DNA of 41,188 nucleotides from a bacterium (GTDB lineage Bacteria; JAGOBX01): NCBI GenBank assembly GCA_036733285.1, contig DAINAU010000011.1, positions 1 to 41,188 of the forward strand, read 5' to 3'. Shown piece by piece: positions 38,242 to 41,188 of this stretch (position 1 is its first letter; each line of letters starts with the position of its first letter). The notes under the pieces were generated by a model. It saw only the letters and a program-made list of their open reading frames with translations, ran no database searches and was not told where the DNA came from. The position numbers and the translations under genes were made by a program.

Positions 38242-40138
38242 AGAGATAAGCGTAAGCGTTTAGATTTTTTTCGAATAATTCGAGGAAATGAATGCTTTCT
38301 TCAATTGTAATCTTCCGCTGCGCCACGCTTTTTTCAAGGTTTTCCCTTATATTTTTTAAAATCTCGGAACCGTTGTATTGAACATACTTCAAACTTTCGG
38401 AAATCGCGTCTCCAACAATTACAGTTTCGATTTTATAATCGTTTTTTTTATTAAACGTTATATGAACCGCGTTGGTGTCTCCGAATAAATTATGCATATC
38501 TCCCAGTATTTCCTGATAAGCTCCTATCAAGAAAAAGCCGATATAATAATCTTCTTTTGAATCAATATTATGGATGGGAAGATATTCGGTTTTTCCGTTT
38601 GGACCGACAAATTTTGTTATTTCGCCGTCAGAATCGCAGGTAATATCGGCTATTGAACAGATGACCTCGGGTTTTTCGTCAAGACGCTGAATAGGCATTA
38701 TAGGAAACAATTGATCTATCGCCCATGAATCAGGCAGGGATTGGAACAGCGAATAATTTGCAAAATAAGTTTTTCTCAAATGTATGTTGAAATTCTGAAG
38801 CTCCTCAGGAACATTTTTCATTTTTTCAATAATCGCGTATATTTTCTTAACTATTTTAGAACACAACAATTCTGCCGCGGCTCTATCGCTGAGATTAAGG
38901 TAACCCAAATTAAATAAACTTACGGCTTCCTGAATCAATTGGATTGTGTCGTGATAATCTTCCCGCAAAGAATGTTTGTCTATGCTATCGTAAATATCGA
39001 ATAGTTTTTTTACAGTCGGCGAAATCTTTTGGGATTTGGATTCGAAAAGTTTTAACGCCGGCGATGCTATCGGCGTTTTTGAATTTAAAATATTAGTTAC
39101 AAGCGCGGAATAATGAGCGGCAATCGCCCTGCCCGATTCGGATATTATGTTCGGACATTTTATATTTGCCTGATCGCAGATGCTTTTAACCTGAAAAATC
39201 ACATCGTTCGCGTATTCTTCTATCGAATAATTTACGCTTGAAAAATAACTCGATTTCGAACCGTCATAATCGACGCCGAGTCCTCCGCCGATGTCGATAT
39301 ATTCAAGTCCCACTCCGAGTTTTATCATTTCGGAATATATTCTTGCGCCTTCTATTAAAGCGTTTTTTATCTTATCGATTTTTGTAATCTGACTTCCGAT
39401 ATGAAAATGAACGAGTTTCAAACAGCCGAGCAATCCGCTTTTTTCAAGCAAATCAATAGCGGTTATTATTTCGGATATTTTTAATCCGAATTTTGATTCG
39501 TCGCCGCCGGACGAAGCCCATTTGCCCGTGCCTTTAGTGGAAAGTTTCACTCTGATTCCTAAATTAGGTTTTATCCCGCTTTTTTCAAACAAATGAATTA
39601 TTGATTGAAGCTCGAATAATTTTTCTATTACTATGGTTATTTTATATCCTATTTTTGTCGCGTATAATATGGTTTCAATATATTCCGAATCTTTGTAACC
39701 GTTGCATAACAAAGGAATGCTTTTATCAGAAGCGATGTAAAGAGCCGCTATCAATTCAGGTTTTGATCCGACTTCCAATCCTATATTATATTTTTTTCCG
39801 CATTTGGCGATTGCTTCCACAACCTGACGCTGTTGATTAACTTTGATTGGATAAAAAGTTTGATAATTTGCGGGATAATTATTCTCGTCTATCGCGTTTT
39901 TAAAAGCCTTGTTTATGCTTGCTATCCGGTCTTCGAGTATATTCATAAATCTTAATAAAATCGGCGGTTTGATTTTACGTTTGATTAAATCGTCTATCAA
40001 CGCTTTTAAATCTATAAAGTTTTTTGAGTTTTTGTTCGGATGCACGGATATGTTTCCTCTTTTATTAACAGTGAAATATCCGGCGCTCCAATTGTCAATA
40101 TTATAAAGTTTAGCTGAATCGTTAATATTCCATCCCAT
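38234..40138 (-). CDS. speA: Biosynthetic arginine decarboxylase (PLP-dependent)
   Basis: An N-terminal WxxxDSAKLYNIDNWSAGYFTVNKRGNISVHP, which is characteristic of SpeA; an alanine-racemase-like TIM barrel followed by a C-terminal beta domain. 634 aa. Adjacent to speB. Confidence 0.9.
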   Translation of the reverse strand: MGWNINDSAKLYNIDNWSAGYFTVNKRGNISVHPNKNSKNFIDLKALIDDLIKRKIKPPILLRFMNILEDRIASINKAFKNAIDENNYPANYQTFYPIKVNQQRQVVEAIAKCGKKYNIGLEVGSKPELIAALYIASDKSIPLLCNGYKDSEYIETILYATKIGYKITIVIEKLFELQSIIHLFEKSGIKPNLGIRVKLSTKGTGKWASSGGDESKFGLKISEIITAIDLLEKSGLLGCLKLVHFHIGSQITKIDKIKNALIEGARIYSEMIKLGVGLEYIDIGGGLGVDYDGSKSSYFSSVNYSIEEYANDVIFQVKSICDQANIKCPNIISESGRAIAAHYSALVTNILNSKTPIASPALKLFESKSQKISPTVKKLFDIYDSIDKHSLREDYHDTIQLIQEAVSLFNLGYLNLSDRAAAELLCSKIVKKIYAIIEKMKNVPEELQNFNIHLRKTYFANYSLFQSLPDSWAIDQLFPIMPIQRLDEKPEVICSIADITCDSDGEITKFVGPNGKTEYLPIHNIDSKEDYYIGFFLIGAYQEILGDMHNLFGDTNAVHITFNKKNDYKIETVIVGDAISESLKYVQYNGSEILKNIRENLEKSVAQRKITIEESIHFLELFEKNLNAYAYLFD

Positions 40139-40139
40139 A

Positions 40140-41012
40140 CTAATTACCCGCTATTAATAAAATTTCACGAAGTAGTTTCGCCGCAGTAACGCTGGAATTT
40201 CCAGATAAATCATAATGCGGCGACAATTCTACTATATCGGCTCCGCATATTTTTTTATCGCCGAGAATCTTCAGAAAATCAATTAGTTCTCTATATGTCA
40301 ATCCGCCGGCTTCAGGCGTTCCGGTTCCTGGCATTATCGACGGGTCGAGAACGTCGAGGTCTAAAGTTAAATATAAAAGCGAATCGCCGTCTAATCTATC
40401 GGCGATTTTTTTCAAATCAGCGGGAGATTCGGCTTTAGATATTTTAGAATTCGATTTGTGAAATTTGAATTCCTCTCTTGTTCCGGAACGTATGCCTATT
40501 TGAATTATTTCCGAGACGTTTTTTTCCCGAACCAATAAATTTATAACCGAAGCGTGGGACAGCCGGTTTCCAAGATAATTATCTCTCAAATCAAGATGCG
40601 CGTCAAATTGAATTATTACTATTTTTTTATCTGCGTTTTGTTCAATAATATTTTTTATAAGCGGATAGGTTATAAGATGCTCGCCGCCTATTCCTATTAT
40701 TTTTATATTCTTTTCAATCAATTCTTTATGATATTTTTTTATGACTTTAAGATTTTCTTCAGGGTCGCCGAAAATAACCGGAACGTCGCCGAAATCAGTG
40801 TAATATATGTCTTCTAAATCCTTGTCCAGCGTCGGCGAATATGTTTCTATGCTGTTTGAAACGACTCTTATTGCGTTTGGAGCAAACCTCGACCCTGGTC
40901 TGAAACTTGACGTGCAGTCATAAGGCATCCCTAATATTCCGATTTTTGTTTCAGAACTGAAAGCTCTTTGAGAAATGTATAAATTATTGTCGGTCAAAGA
41001 CATTTTCATCAT
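40140..41012 (-). CDS. speB: Agmatinase (arginase/ureohydrolase family)
   Basis: Manganese-binding motifs of the arginase fold (GGEHLITYP, DAHLD, SLDLDVLDP). 290 aa. The stop is 1 nt before the speA start. Confidence 0.9.
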   Translation of the reverse strand: MMKMSLTDNNLYISQRAFSSETKIGILGMPYDCTSSFRPGSRFAPNAIRVVSNSIETYSPTLDKDLEDIYYTDFGDVPVIFGDPEENLKVIKKYHKELIEKNIKIIGIGGEHLITYPLIKNIIEQNADKKIVIIQFDAHLDLRDNYLGNRLSHASVINLLVREKNVSEIIQIGIRSGTREEFKFHKSNSKISKAESPADLKKIADRLDGDSLLYLTLDLDVLDPSIMPGTGTPEAGGLTYRELIDFLKILGDKKICGADIVELSPHYDLSGNSSVTAAKLLREILLIAGN

Positions 41013-41079
41013 ATAATATTAGTATTCTGATATGTTTTTTTTTATTTATAATATGATTTATTTATAGAAAACAGTTCAA

Positions 41080-41107
41080 ATTGTATTAAATAAAATATAA
41101 AAGTCAA
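41080..41107 (-). promoter_or_regulatory. Sigma-70-like promoter for the speB-led operon (minus strand: TTGACT, 16 nt spacer, TACAAT)
   Basis: The reverse complement of 41102-41107 is TTGACT and of 41080-41085 is TACAAT, about 65 nt upstream of the speB ATG. Confidence 0.4.
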
Positions 41108-41188
41108 TATTAATAATCGCTAATGCGCAATGCCCAAAATCGACGAGTAAAATAAAAGTCCGATAAAAATAATGCTTCGGATAAGAAA

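Noticed and set aside
1-41188. CRISPR arrays, tRNA or rRNA genes
   Set aside because: No run of regularly spaced direct repeats with unique spacers, no cloverleaf-compatible sequence with a GTTCRANYC T-loop in intergenic regions, and no rRNA-like conserved blocks were seen. The only tandem repeat (10405-10488) has two copies with no spacer.

Overview
This is a low-GC (about 30-35% by eye) bacterial chromosomal segment, gene-dense, with operon-style gene overlaps. The housekeeping anchor is a syntenic truB-ribF-rpsO-pnp block (18053-22315, + strand) followed by an intrinsic terminator.

Other genes I can support, in order:
- a three-gene ECF-type vitamin transporter (S component, fused duplicated ATPase, T component; 2233-4806)
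- a TonB-dependent outer-membrane receptor
- a TehB-like methyltransferase and an XdhC-family protein
- a 7TMR-DISM sensor histidine kinase paired with a REC-PAS-AAA+ sigma-54 activator
- a methyl-accepting chemotaxis protein whose periplasmic region carries a complete CZB zinc-binding motif
- class I mannose-6-phosphate isomerase
- glmS, translationally coupled to an APH-family kinase
- a flotillin (SPFH) protein
- a speB-speA polyamine pair

Two decayed insertion sequences are present: a frameshifted IS4-superfamily transposase at about 9287-10190, and an IS630-family remnant with 12-bp terminal inverted repeats at 33617-34394.

Annotation does not explain the following:
1. A six-gene, translationally coupled minus-strand operon (41012-34386): speB, speA, a sigma-54 enhancer-binding protein, an HPr-kinase-related P-loop kinase and two class I SAM methyltransferases. 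An IS630 end sits on the last stop codon. This is my best candidate for an undescribed regulatory or small-molecule-modification module built onto agmatine/putrescine synthesis.
2. A second coupled operon (28377-23778, minus strand): a KE-rich TPR membrane protein, a PilZ protein, a small protein, an M48 metalloprotease, and a specialised NusG paralog (LoaP/UpxY-like) as the terminal gene.
3. An orphan tandem BMC-domain (BMC-T-like) shell protein, coupled 5' to the APH-family kinase and glmS, with no other microcompartment genes in the window.
4. Two families of non-coding repeats. Family A is a roughly 150-bp string of five hairpins at 5007-5160, with an inverted copy at 14313-14462. Family B is a roughly 180-230-bp element with two nested perfect 13-14-bp helices. 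Both B copies sit in the same orientation in the 5' leaders of genes (the TonB receptor and manA), and the copies differ by clean hairpin-sized insertions. That pattern is typical of a structured cis-regulatory RNA or a MITE.
5. Smaller items: a 40-bp perfect palindrome, a 42-bp tandem duplication of the histidine kinase 3' end next to the IS remnant, and a 1.45-kb gene-free region containing a hairpin cluster with an intrinsic terminator that could be an sRNA.

No rRNA, tRNA or CRISPR array was recognisable.
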